Shown here one piece after another: positions 16,515 through 25,777 of a stretch of 64,000 nucleotides of DNA. The notes under the pieces were generated by a model that was not told the origin of the DNA, searched no databases, and saw only the letters and a program-made list of their open reading frames with translations. Position numbers and translations under genes: made by a program. Position 1 is the stretch's first letter. Every line of letters starts with the position of its first letter. The DNA is taken from IMG/VR virus record IMGVR_UViG_3300031746_000001; one strand, given 5' to 3'. This DNA is from a virus.

Positions 16515-17770
16515 AGCGGTTCAGTCTCGAACTCTACCCCCCCTTCTATTCGGACCTCCGAAAAGTCCATGTGATTAAAATTCCAGTTAATGATGATCTC
16601 CTTATTCCCCTCACTCTCACGAGTCTTAAGTGGCAGGAGAGCCATCTTATGACCGTCCTTTAAGTCGTCATCCTGAAAGGCCGCAAACACCCAATCAGAG
16701 TCGAAGTTAACGACGTCGGACATGGCCATAGACGTGAGGTCCGCTTTCCGGGCGTTCTGCTCGACGCTCCGGTTGAACTGCGTGGACACGACGATCGGTA
16801 TCTTCCAATGATGGGCCAACCGTTTAAATTCGTCGGCCACGTTGGAAACCCTCTCAAAGCGATCCTTACCCGTCGCCTTCACCAGATAGAGTCCGTCCAC
16901 GAACAGGATATCCGGCCTTACCCTTTCGATGGCGGCATCAATCGTAGAGATGTCGACGTTAAAGACGTCCCCGAGAATGTGGAACGGGCGCTCGGTTCTT
17001 AGACGTTCAAGCCCCTGCCATAACAGGGGTTCTCCGTATTCCCCGAGCCGTCCCCTGCGGAGCTTCCCGTAGGGTATCCGGAGATAGAGGGACACGAAGC
17101 GGAGGGCGATCTTTGGCCGGGCCATCTCCGTCGTCACGAACAGGACGTTCTTTCCCTCGGCCCAGGAGTGATGCGCCATGATCAGAAGGAGCCAGGTCTT
17201 CCCGATGCTCGTCCTTGCCACGAAGGTCGCGAGGTCGGCCTCCTGAAAACCCATTGTGATATGGTTGATCGTCTCCCACGGAGTGCAGACACCCAGGACC
17301 CCGTTCTTGGCCTTCTCGTAGTCCTCCCGAACCTTATCCCCATAGTTCATGAGGTTATCCACGAGCCCCCGGGCGCTCCCCGATCGCCTGATCTCCGTAA
17401 TGACTTCCTCGAGCCGGGTGAACGCCTCCCTCGGCCTGAAGGTGTCGAGCTCCCTGGCGACGTCCCTCAGCCTGTTCTTGAGGAGGTTCTGCAGGAGCCG
17501 CTTCCACACCTCCTCAATGAAGTAGGAGAGGTCTTTGTCCTCTCCCACTCGTTGCACGACAAACCCGGTTTCGACTCTTACGATTTCTTTGTTCGGAGTG
17601 TTTCCGTGTTCGGCGTAGTGCCTCCCGATGAACGCCCAGACATCCTTAGCGTGTCCCGTCAGAAGGTCATCGTTGACCCCCTTCTCGCGGGCATCGAGAA
17701 AGCCAGCCTTCCCTGCAAGGATAAGACTGCTTAGAAACAGAGTGTCAAGCTTGGGGATAGCTTGGGCCAT
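16511..17770 (-). CDS. DnaB-like replicative helicase
   Basis: ARTSIGKT, TTEM, VDGLYL and TQFNR. Confidence 0.92.
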   Translation of the reverse strand: MAQAIPKLDTLFLSSLILAGKAGFLDAREKGVNDDLLTGHAKDVWAFIGRHYAEHGNTPNKEIVRVETGFVVQRVGEDKDLSYFIEEVWKRLLQNLLKNRLRDVARELDTFRPREAFTRLEEVITEIRRSGSARGLVDNLMNYGDKVREDYEKAKNGVLGVCTPWETINHITMGFQEADLATFVARTSIGKTWLLLIMAHHSWAEGKNVLFVTTEMARPKIALRFVSLYLRIPYGKLRRGRLGEYGEPLLWQGLERLRTERPFHILGDVFNVDISTIDAAIERVRPDILFVDGLYLVKATGKDRFERVSNVADEFKRLAHHWKIPIVVSTQFNRSVEQNARKADLTSMAMSDVVNFDSDWVFAAFQDDDLKDGHKMALLPLKTRESEGNKEIIINWNFNHMDFSEVRIEGGVEFETEPL

Positions 17771-17805
17771 CGTTCCCCGAGAAACCTAATAAACCGTTAA
17801 CAGAC

Positions 17806-18468
17806 CTAGGAGACAGGCTTGGCTTCGGGATTAGGGTCGGTATCGTTCTTCTGGTTCTTGTTCCCCTCCTCAATTAAGGCATCCATCTTCTTCTCGCGCT
17901 CCTCCCCCGCGATATTCCCATAGTCGACTGCATTCACCTCCACCATTTTCATCTTCTCCTCAATTATTTTTCGGTCGGTATCGGATATTTTATTGGGCGT
18001 ACCCTGGATGATCAGGATCGTGGACTTCTTCCACGCATCCCGATATCTCAGGATATCCCGCAGGATGTCTAATTGAGGACCCGGAAGATCCCGATCGTCG
18101 AGTATAACGTCATCCAAAAGAAGGATATCGACTTGGCGGGCTCTCTCGTGAACGGTGTAGGCGTCGTTGAAGGGCTTCTTCTGGTTCTCGGTCAAGTCCC
18201 TCAACGAGATGCTATAGGCGGTCTTACCCTTTTCGATGGCCTCCTTCAGAATGAGACATCCGAGATAGGTCCGCCCGTGCTTGGCCGGGCCATAGAGACA
18301 CAGCCCGAAGCCATTGGCAATCATTTCCAGAATCGACCCGATATAGCCGATGATGATCGGGCGATAGGGGACTACGCCCCCCTCAGCGACCTTTTCGATC
18401 TCCGCTCCCCAGAATTTAATTGGAATATTTGATCTTAAATAACTATTTTTCTTTTCTTCGCTTAACAT
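17806..18468 (-). CDS. DnaC/IstB-like helicase loader
   Basis: GLCLYGPAKHGRT (degenerate Walker A), LLLDD, YR...KSTI. Confidence 0.75.
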   Translation of the reverse strand: MLSEEKKNSYLRSNIPIKFWGAEIEKVAEGGVVPYRPIIIGYIGSILEMIANGFGLCLYGPAKHGRTYLGCLILKEAIEKGKTAYSISLRDLTENQKKPFNDAYTVHERARQVDILLLDDVILDDRDLPGPQLDILRDILRYRDAWKKSTILIIQGTPNKISDTDRKIIEEKMKMVEVNAVDYGNIAGEEREKKMDALIEEGNKNQKNDTDPNPEAKPVS

Positions 18469-18891
18469 TTAACACCCCTCGGGTTTTATAAACACCCCTT
18501 TTTCTTCTCTTCCCGCGCCTCACCTGATTAAACCTTTTTCTCTCCCACTTCTCTTTTTCTTTGATAGACTTTTTGTCATGCGGGCAATAACTGACCGCTC
18601 CACGAGCACAATTACAATTATAGCATAGAACCTGATACTTACCTTTGGGATACCCCTTTTTCTCTAAATGACGCCACAAAGATGCTTCTTATGGCGACGT
18701 TCCGAACGAATCAACTCCTTATCTCTATTTTTAAAATAACGACCTCTATTACATCCCCTACAATAATCATGAAGACCGTCTGGACGAGACTTATTCTTAG
18801 GAAACGATTTCCTTAGTTTCAATTTCCCACATCCACAACAACGCTTCTTTGCCCGCAGGTAGCTATTCTTTTTATCCTCAGATATTATCAT
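18443..18891 (-). pseudogene. degenerate HNH endonuclease fused to the old DnaC N-terminus
   Basis: Two frames (MIISEDKKNSYLRA-KKRCCGC...; ...YQVLCYNCN...CPH); central HNH block missing compared with 50151-50741. Confidence 0.8.
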
Positions 18892-19622
18892 TATTTTCTC
18901 CCTGGAAGTCCCATCCGTTTCCGGGCATCCGCTTCCCACTTGGCTTTCAATGCCGGATCGACCTGGGCCCCATCGTCTTGGGGAATGAGCTCTGATATCA
19001 GCTGGACCCCGAACCCCAAAATAATTCCCATCGTCGGAACGCCCACGACCTTCCATCTTGATTTAAGAGAGTGCCAGTTCCGAAAAACGTATTCCACGAG
19101 AAGACGAGCCCTGTCCTCCCCGATATTCGAGATCAACGTCTTAGCCTGACCGTATTCCTTCCCGGCCCAGTGGATGGGATCGAGCTTCGGGAAGGTATTT
19201 TTGAAACCATCCTGGTAGGCACTCAAAACCCGAACGTATAATTTCCTCTCGGCTTCCCTCTTCTGCTGGCGCTCGTCGCGATTCTGCCGGAGCTTGGAAT
19301 CTCTTTTTAGTTGGTTTTCGTTCCTGGCCGCCTCACTCTTGGCGATCGCCCGCTGGTGAATGGCTCCCAGCTCTTCAGAAGGTCTCGCATCATCGCTCAT
19401 CGCATGCCTCTTTCCATTTCCGTTCTCCAACCTTGCCATCTTCCGGAAGAAGGTCGCCCGGTGGATCCCGATGGCCTCACAGATGGTGTCGACATCAGTG
19501 GGCATTCCCCTCCTCTTGCGGGCATCGAGATATATCTTAAGTGCCCTGTCGCTGAAGTTTGTGACCGTCCTATCTTCATAGCGTCTTATAAGCCGGGCAT
19601 CATCATGCGACTCTGCAGGCAC
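18891..19622 (-). CDS. putative replication initiator / HTH protein
   Basis: HTH-like VDTICEAIGIHRATFFRKMARLE; lies upstream of DnaC-like and DnaB. Confidence 0.55.
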   Translation of the reverse strand: MPAESHDDARLIRRYEDRTVTNFSDRALKIYLDARKRRGMPTDVDTICEAIGIHRATFFRKMARLENGNGKRHAMSDDARPSEELGAIHQRAIAKSEAARNENQLKRDSKLRQNRDERQQKREAERKLYVRVLSAYQDGFKNTFPKLDPIHWAGKEYGQAKTLISNIGEDRARLLVEYVFRNWHSLKSRWKVVGVPTMGIILGFGVQLISELIPQDDGAQVDPALKAKWEADARKRMGLPGRK

Positions 19623-19628
19623 CGCAGT

Positions 19629-19850
19629 CTACGATACTTTGGCAAGTCGTGAGCGTCCGTCGATTACCTTCACCAAGTGGAGGAACTCTTCCGGATCGGG
19701 CACGAGTTTCGTAGTCATGATCCCATCGTCGAGCGCCCGCATGGCCACGATCCTCAAGGGGTAACCATCCCGCACCTTGATCCCCTCCACCTTATAGGCT
19801 CTCCCCCGCAGTAAAATTGTGCGTCCCACGAGGTCGTTTAAACCATCCAT
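19629..19850 (-). CDS. hypothetical protein
   Basis: AAAGGAG SD; follows a promoter. Confidence 0.55.
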   Translation of the reverse strand: MDGLNDLVGRTILLRGRAYKVEGIKVRDGYPLRIVAMRALDDGIMTTKLVPDPEEFLHLVKVIDGRSRLAKVS

Positions 19851-19882
19851 GTTTACCACCGCTCCTTTCATAATTCAGAACC

Positions 19883-19911
19883 ATTATATCATAAACGAAA
19901 TTGCGTGTCAA
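19883..19911 (-). promoter_or_regulatory. sigma70 promoter of the replication module
   Basis: TTGACA-17-TATAAT. Confidence 0.85.
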
Positions 19912-19923
19912 GATGGTAAGTAA

Positions 19924-20772
19924 TTATATCCCCCCCACCACGTGCGGGCTTTCTTCGGTATCGGACTCGGGAGCAGGGGTCATAGCCGGAGCATCTAGAT
20001 CGATCTCCGGCAGGGGAACTACCAGGGTCACTGGATCCCCGGGACGGGCTGGGCCCAAAGGAGGGTCGGTATCCATCCCCCCTATTCCTTCCTCCAACCC
20101 CATAACATCCCTCATCGCCCGATCGAATCCCTCCATGTGCTCCCCAAATTCCCTAACGTCTCGATCTCTTCCCCCGCCCACTACTCTGCGGGGTCCGAGC
20201 CCTCCGGTTACCATTCCAGCTCCGGTCGGTGGTCTCCTCTCCTGCATTAAGCCCTCGAGCCTCCTTAGAATGGTCCGGTACTGCCCGAAGAGATTATCAA
20301 GCCGCTCGTCCGTATGGTGACGGAACCTCTCGAAGTCCTCCTGAAACTCCCTAACGTCTCGATCTCTTCCCCCGCCCACTACGTCCCGACGACCATAGAA
20401 CTCACCGGCGTTGTAGACCTCCTTTAAGATGGCGACGATCCTGGTTGTTAGTATGCCGTCCGCATCATGGATCCCGGGAGTCGGAAAGACGGGCGCTAGA
20501 GTATACAAAATCCTCCGCATAGCGTTCCCGACGATCGTCTGTTTCTGAGCCAGGGCATGCGTCCACTCCCGATCCGGAGACTGCCCCAAGTGCACCGTGC
20601 TCCCCTCCGGAAACTCCATCGGGTCGATCCTCCTCGTTATGCCCGCCCCTAAACCCGTCCTCTCCTGAAAAACCGTTTCGGGATCCCTCAGATTTTCCTC
20701 CCGGGGAACGTCCATCTCCCTGAGCTCCCCTGGACCCTCCGTTCCCGCAGTATTCCCCAATGGCTCGCTCAT
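19924..20772 (-). CDS. hypothetical protein with internal repeat; tail PHVVGGI
   Basis: VVGGGRDRDVREF occurs twice; SD GGAGG. Confidence 0.7.
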   Translation of the reverse strand: MSEPLGNTAGTEGPGELREMDVPREENLRDPETVFQERTGLGAGITRRIDPMEFPEGSTVHLGQSPDREWTHALAQKQTIVGNAMRRILYTLAPVFPTPGIHDADGILTTRIVAILKEVYNAGEFYGRRDVVGGGRDRDVREFQEDFERFRHHTDERLDNLFGQYRTILRRLEGLMQERRPPTGAGMVTGGLGPRRVVGGGRDRDVREFGEHMEGFDRAMRDVMGLEEGIGGMDTDPPLGPARPGDPVTLVVPLPEIDLDAPAMTPAPESDTEESPHVVGGI

Positions 20773-20825
20773 TTCAGCCCTCCTTAGCCCCTTAAATGCC
20801 CCCAGGTGCGATTCTCTCGCCCCGG

Positions 20826-21560
20826 CTATAGATAACCCCTCACATAGAACTTTGCCGTGCTCTCGTCCGCAAGGAAGAGGACGGAATTGGGGAACCAGTG
20901 GCAGTGGCCCTTATCGGAATGCCACGACTGATTCACCATCCCCCCGCAGGGACACGCTCCGTCGATCTCAACCCAGGCGTACCCGGCCCGGATGATCTGC
21001 TTAATGTAACCGAACGTCTTATTGAAAATAAACTTCTTGTCGTGGGACACTAGCGGGAAGACACTATCCACCAACACAAAGTCCCCAATCGACAGCCCGT
21101 AGAGGGTCGTCGGATGCTCTGGACCGTCCACGACCACCTGTCCCGTCACCTCATCGACCCGAGCTATTCTTTCCCTGGGCTTGTAACCCTCTGCAGGCTT
21201 GGCCTCCGGCCAACCCTCGGGAAGCCCGGGCACTCCCTCCCAACCCGGGACGCCGAAGTAACCCTGCTGGCCTTCAAACCTCACCCCGGTCGCTGGATCC
21301 GCCATGTCCCATGTTCCGCCAGGCGCCCATCTCGACCCAGAAAACCCCAACGCCGAGTAACCCGAGATTCCCGAGAAGCCAGACGCACCGGAGGGGATGA
21401 CTCCGTTAGCCATCTGCTCTATCCTCGCCCGGAGATTTTCAAATTGCCTTTCCAAGAAGTCCGTCCCTCCTGACGGGCGGCTCGAGACGACTAGCGGCGG
21501 GCTCTTCCTCCGCAGTCCGAGACGACGACTCAGCCGTTCAAACAAAGAACCGTCGGCCAT
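20826..21560 (-). CDS. protein with C-terminal SH3/KOW-like domain; tail FYVRGYL
   Basis: LSIGDFVLV...G.I...WVE...GHCHWF. Confidence 0.7.
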   Translation of the reverse strand: MADGSLFERLSRRLGLRRKSPPLVVSSRPSGGTDFLERQFENLRARIEQMANGVIPSGASGFSGISGYSALGFSGSRWAPGGTWDMADPATGVRFEGQQGYFGVPGWEGVPGLPEGWPEAKPAEGYKPRERIARVDEVTGQVVVDGPEHPTTLYGLSIGDFVLVDSVFPLVSHDKKFIFNKTFGYIKQIIRAGYAWVEIDGACPCGGMVNQSWHSDKGHCHWFPNSVLFLADESTAKFYVRGYL

Positions 21561-21802
21561 CAGATCGCTCCTATGATCCGGAAGGGCTCACGCTTCTTGC
21601 TCTCGAAGTCGAGGTCGGCCTCATCGAGAATCCACAGTCCCGCACACCTTTCCAGGCGGACGGAGTAAAGCCGGGGCCCTCCGTTACGCTTTCTCTTCGT
21701 AACCACTCCTTCAATCATTCCCTTCTTGCCCCTGAGCTTGCAACCCTTCTCGGTGAGATTCCGAACGATCTTGATCTGGTCTCCCACCTCGAACTTCATC
21801 AA
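21560..21802 (-). CDS. SH3/KOW-like small protein; tail FRIIGAI
   Basis: FEVGDQIKIV...GKKGMI...YSV. Confidence 0.7.
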   Translation of the reverse strand: MMKFEVGDQIKIVRNLTEKGCKLRGKKGMIEGVVTKRKRNGGPRLYSVRLERCAGLWILDEADLDFESKKREPFRIIGAI

Positions 21803-22176
21803 ATCGATCCCACAACGTGCGGGGTGTCATCCAGAGCGACCTGCTCCTCCGCTGGCGGTTCGGGATTGGGCTCTATTACCTGCGTCGGAGGAATATCGCC
21901 CATCATTTCACGATCCCCCCCTATCTCACGGCGCAGTTCATCTAGCGCTTCCCGAGCCGCTCTCGCCGGGGTATCCAGATCGCCTGCCATTCCCCGGTGG
22001 GGTTCGGTGGTCCCGCCGGTTCTCATGCGAAGCTCTCTCCGGAGCTCTTCCATATCGACATGAAGGGCTTCTATTCTGCGCTCAATCCGTTGAAGGGCAT
22101 CGAGAACTCGAGACATGTAATGCATAGGGCCACCGTCTACATGGTCGATATCCCTCTCTCGCATTGGCATAGCCAT
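21799..22176 (-). CDS. coiled-coil hypothetical protein; tail PHVVGSI
   Basis: Coupled ORF. Confidence 0.7.
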   Translation of the reverse strand: MAMPMRERDIDHVDGGPMHYMSRVLDALQRIERRIEALHVDMEELRRELRMRTGGTTEPHRGMAGDLDTPARAAREALDELRREIGGDREMMGDIPPTQVIEPNPEPPAEEQVALDDTPHVVGSI

Positions 22177-22553
22177 CAGATGCCCTCCCTGATCCCGAAC
22201 TTTTCTGGGACAAGAACGAGCTCGTTCTCTTTGAAAGTGAGGGTAGTTTTCGCCGGACCCGGGATTTTAATAACATACTCGTCGTGGTCGATCTTAACCT
22301 TCATGCTGACATTGAGAGTCCCATCGGACGGGTCGAGATCCACCCCGGTGACCTCAGCGTCCTTAACGATATGCACGATGTTAACTACCTCGCCCTCCAA
22401 CCCAATATAGTCTTCTGGAACGACGTATCCCGGGCGGGAGGCCGTAACCTTCACCTGATCGCCAAGATTGAACTTGGTTTTCGTTCCAGGTATGTCGGCT
22501 GGACCCGACCCATTCAACAAACCCTCCACTCTTTTGGAAGACAGAGATATCAT
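22176..22553 (-). CDS. SH3/KOW-like protein; tail FGIREGI
   Basis: KFNLGDQVKV...IGLEGEV...FKENEL. Confidence 0.7.
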   Translation of the reverse strand: MISLSSKRVEGLLNGSGPADIPGTKTKFNLGDQVKVTASRPGYVVPEDYIGLEGEVVNIVHIVKDAEVTGVDLDPSDGTLNVSMKVKIDHDEYVIKIPGPAKTTLTFKENELVLVPEKFGIREGI

Positions 22554-22825
22554 AGCCCACCTACAATCCCGAACTCACCCTCCGTCGCCTCGAGCTCGTC
22601 CTCCGTGAACCACCAGCCGTGACCTCCCGGAAGAACCCCGTCGCAGTCGGAGAGAAAAGGCGACTCGGCTTCGAAGCGGACGGCATACTCCTCATGGCAC
22701 TCATTGCATATAGCCCCGACGACCCCGACCCGCCCGATCATGAACTCCCTGAACGCCTTATCGTCCGGGTCCAGGGCGTCGCTCACGGATATCACCTTGA
22801 CGGGATCCCCAATGCTAAACGGCAT
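22550..22825 (-). CDS. SH3/KOW-like protein; tail FGIVGGL
   Basis: FSIGDPVKV...YAVRF...LSDCDG...GWWFTEDELE. Confidence 0.72.
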   Translation of the reverse strand: MPFSIGDPVKVISVSDALDPDDKAFREFMIGRVGVVGAICNECHEEYAVRFEAESPFLSDCDGVLPGGHGWWFTEDELEATEGEFGIVGGL

Positions 22826-23277
22826 CAGAGCGACCCGATCACAAAGATCTGCTTGGATTCAGACAGGACGTCCTCGAGCCGGGCAGACAGGAGACTGTCC
22901 TCCCGCATCCAAATCCCGCTGTAAGGCGAAAGCCTCTGACCGCAATCCGATAGGTCGGGATGCTCCACCCCGAACCCGATAGCATACTGGTAGAACAGAC
23001 CAAAGCTCCCTTCGGTTAGATCGACCTCACAAATAATTCCCGCAGTCATCCGGAATAAATCTTCGAGCCCGGGCTTATTTCTCAGCCACGCCTCTAGAAC
23101 TTGATCTTCGGGATGGACGACAACCCTCACAGCATCCCCCACCTTGAACTTAGGTTGTGGCTTTGGCTCGGGGTCGGTATAGGTGTTGATCTCCTCGCCA
23201 AAGTCCACTCCCATAATAGGATGGGCGAACACTGCAATCCTTGAAGCCTCATCATTGGTATATTTTATAGACATCAT
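22825..23277 (-). CDS. SH3/KOW-like protein; tail IFVIGSL
   Basis: KFKVGDAVRV...LSDCG...GIWMREDSL. Confidence 0.72.
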   Translation of the reverse strand: MMSIKYTNDEASRIAVFAHPIMGVDFGEEINTYTDPEPKPQPKFKVGDAVRVVVHPEDQVLEAWLRNKPGLEDLFRMTAGIICEVDLTEGSFGLFYQYAIGFGVEHPDLSDCGQRLSPYSGIWMREDSLLSARLEDVLSESKQIFVIGSL

Positions 23278-23639
23278 ATCCCTCCAATCACAATGGCCTT
23301 CTCTCCGACCTTCGACACGAGCTCGAGCTCGTCCCCCAGGAACGGGGCATACCCGTCAAAGGACTTATCCTGGACCCCGGAACCGGACTTAAAGAAGGCC
23401 ACGACGTAAGCCGTGACCTTCATTTTTTCTCCCCGCTGAATTCTAACGTCCTCAATGACCCCCAGCTTCAGGAGAAGACTGCTTCGATCAGTTAGCTCTC
23501 CCCCCATAGTAATCGCCTTAACAGGCCCCCTGTCATTTCGAAAGGGCAGTCCCTCGGGAAAGAGAAAGGAGTTATTGGCATCCACAAGCATCGTAACCTT
23601 CACCACATCTCCGATCTTGAATCTCCGCTTGCCTCTCAA
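23274..23639 (-). CDS. SH3/KOW-like protein; tail AIVIGGI
   Basis: Start moved to coupled TTG 23639; RFKIGDVVKV. Confidence 0.65.
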   Translation of the reverse strand: MRGKRRFKIGDVVKVTMLVDANNSFLFPEGLPFRNDRGPVKAITMGGELTDRSSLLLKLGVIEDVRIQRGEKMKVTAYVVAFFKSGSGVQDKSFDGYAPFLGDELELVSKVGEKAIVIGGI

Positions 23640-23950
23640 ATCGGCTCCCTCAAGAATATCCTCTCCTCGGAGGTAATGAACTCGACGTTGCACCGGTGAG
23701 AAAACAAGGCCAGGCACTCGTCCGATGGAATGTCCACTCCCCGAGGAGGAAACGACCTCTTCCTGTCCTTCCGCTTCAGGTCGAGGCAGATGAACATGGT
23801 ATCGTAGTGGAGAGCCCCCTCCGCAGGCTTGAGGGCAACGACGACCCCCATATCGTTCTTGAACTCGTTGCGATGCATCGCACAACGGCAGGTGACCTTG
23901 ACGGTGTCGCCCACCTTGAAATCCTGGAGCTTGAAGGACATCACTCCCAC
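23636..23950 (-). CDS. SH3/KOW-like protein; tail IFLREPI
   Basis: FKVGDTVKV; overlaps the E1 stop. Confidence 0.65.
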   Translation of the reverse strand: MGVMSFKLQDFKVGDTVKVTCRCAMHRNEFKNDMGVVVALKPAEGALHYDTMFICLDLKRKDRKRSFPPRGVDIPSDECLALFSHRCNVEFITSEERIFLREPI

Positions 23951-24645
23951 TCAAAGAGCTGATCCTGAAGCTGGAAGCTCACGTCGGCTACGGTCTCGAA
24001 CGGGATGGGCTGTCCGGTGAAGTGCCTCCGGACGATCCGGGTGATGTAAGAGGCGATGAGAAAGCCCACGTCGATGATCGCCCTGGCCGTGCAGGGCAGG
24101 TCGGGAACCGTCTCATCCGGCACGATCGTCTGCTCGTAGCGTTCGATGGACTCCGTCGAGACGGTATCCTTGACGGACAGGATGCGTAACTGTTGACCCC
24201 CGAGCCGCCCGTCGATAAACAGCTTCACCCCGGGGTTGCGCCGGATCCCGGACTCCCAGATCTCCTTCCGACCTTGCATTGTGTCCACCCCGCAGACCAC
24301 GAGGTCGGTCGTGATCAAATCCTTCGGGTACGGGTTATCCTTCGGAGGAAACCTCATGACCCAGGTCTTGATCTCCTCAATGCCCGTAAGCTCCTTAATT
24401 AAGCGAGCGGCGGCAACGACCTTTGCCTCCTCCACGTCATTCATCCGGAAGAGCTGATTAGGAACGTTGTGGGCTTCCACAACGTCCGGATCGACGAGCA
24501 CGAGGCTCTTGATCCCCAGCTTTCCGAGAGCGAGCGCTGTGAATGACCCGATCCCTCCGACGCCTATGACCGTGGCGGAGACTGGAGTCTTTTCGGGATT
24601 AAAAAAGTCTGTCTGACGCCAAAAATCACGATTCATGCTCTGCAT
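23941..24645 (-). CDS. ThiF/E1-like adenylating enzyme
   Basis: GVGGIGS, DPDVVEAHNVPNQLF, K, GVD..R, DGR; candidate catalytic Cys in PCTA. Confidence 0.9.
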   Translation of the reverse strand: MQSMNRDFWRQTDFFNPEKTPVSATVIGVGGIGSFTALALGKLGIKSLVLVDPDVVEAHNVPNQLFRMNDVEEAKVVAAARLIKELTGIEEIKTWVMRFPPKDNPYPKDLITTDLVVCGVDTMQGRKEIWESGIRRNPGVKLFIDGRLGGQQLRILSVKDTVSTESIERYEQTIVPDETVPDLPCTARAIIDVGFLIASYITRIVRRHFTGQPIPFETVADVSFQLQDQLFEWE

Positions 24646-25052
24646 TTCAACTCACCTCCTTGACCTAAATAATCAGCGGCATTACGTAGCAATATGGGGT
24701 CGTGGCGAAAGTTCCCCAGTCCGAGATTGCATTCATAGTGTAGAAGTCCACGGATTTTGACCGTCCGAACATATCCGGTGTGGTCAAAATCTTCCTCGTG
24801 GTCAATACACAACCGCACTCCGTTCTCTGGTGGTTCGTGACAAATTTTACACACTCCGCCCTGCTTGCAAAGTTCAGACTCGTAAAATTTTAGAGGATCA
24901 GCTATGCCCAGCTCTTTTATTCTTCTCCTCCATACGATATCTGTGTTATATCCAGGACGCAAAGCCTTCTGCGCCTCTAGTATGCGCTCCCTATTTTTTG
25001 CATAGTAATGATGTTTCGTAGTTTCCGGGTGCGCATACTTGAAATCTCTCAT
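24633..25052 (-). CDS. free-standing HNH endonuclease, endonuclease VII-like
   Basis: QGGVCKIC...LCIDH...IRGLL...CNLGLG.F...L..AADYL. Confidence 0.85.
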   Translation of the reverse strand: MRDFKYAHPETTKHHYYAKNRERILEAQKALRPGYNTDIVWRRRIKELGIADPLKFYESELCKQGGVCKICHEPPENGVRLCIDHEEDFDHTGYVRTVKIRGLLHYECNLGLGNFRHDPILLRNAADYLGQGGELKCRA

Positions 25053-25067
25053 TTCTCTCCTTTTCTC

Positions 25068-25133
25068 CTATGCAGTCACAGGCGTCTTCATGGGATCGAA
25101 GAAGTCCGTCTGGCGCCAGAAGTCTCGGTTCAT
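25068..25133 (-). pseudogene. orphaned original N-terminus of the E1 gene
   Basis: MNRDFWRQTDFFDPMKTPVTA* versus MNRDFWRQTDFFNPEKTPVSA. Confidence 0.92.
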
Positions 25134-25141
25134 GGTAGACG

Positions 25142-25777
25142 TCATGGGCCCTCCAGGACCTGCTGGCGCCCGGTCTTCGAGGCTTCGATCAACCCCTCCA
25201 CTTCAGGAGCCTCCAAAGAGCCCTCATCGCCCTTCTCCGTAGAACGAAAAAGTTTCTCCGTCATCTCCTGCTTCACCCCGGCGATCAAGCCCTTGTCGTA
25301 CTCGTCGAAGAGAATGTCGAGCTTGGCCTCCGCTCTGAACCTGGTCGGGGAGTAGACTTCGATCTGCGCCGAATATTCCCCGCTCTTGTTGACCACGATC
25401 CACAGGAACCACTCCGAGAGATCGGCAAGGCTATTCATGCAGGCCCTGTCCGTCCCGCTGAAGGACGCTGGCATATTCACATGGCTATGCCAGCACAGAC
25501 GATACTTCCCGGTGTCCTGCTTCGCCTCCATCAGCCGGGAGAACTCATCGGCGATATCCTGCGGGTCGAGGTCCGCCGCCGCCGCACTGCGATTCTCGTG
25601 CTTGAAAACCATCACGTCGTCGATGACGGGCTTGTTGCCCCGCATCTGGACCGTCCCGAGCCCGGCCACCTCCACGTTCGTCTCTTGGGCGAAGAGCAGG
25701 ATTTTACGCCACGCCTTGAGAGTAATCTTCAAAGACGGCACCCCAACAACGTCGTCGTCCGTCCTCCTAGTTTTCAT
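25142..25777 (-). CDS. JAB/JAMM (MPN+) metalloprotease
   Basis: EVAG...WHSHVNMPASFSGTD = E...HxH-x7-S-x2-D. Confidence 0.9.
   Translation of the reverse strand: MKTRRTDDDVVGVPSLKITLKAWRKILLFAQETNVEVAGLGTVQMRGNKPVIDDVMVFKHENRSAAAADLDPQDIADEFSRLMEAKQDTGKYRLCWHSHVNMPASFSGTDRACMNSLADLSEWFLWIVVNKSGEYSAQIEVYSPTRFRAEAKLDILFDEYDKGLIAGVKQEMTEKLFRSTEKGDEGSLEAPEVEGLIEASKTGRQQVLEGP

Noticed and set aside
16511-16540. DnaB tail EFETEPL as a member of the C-terminal tag set
   Set aside because: It lacks the hydrophobic residues at -5 and -7.
20150-20385. Direct repeat of about 35 bp as a CRISPR or att site
   Set aside because: Only two copies, in frame within a CDS (VVGGGRDRDVREF). No CRISPR array was seen anywhere in the window.
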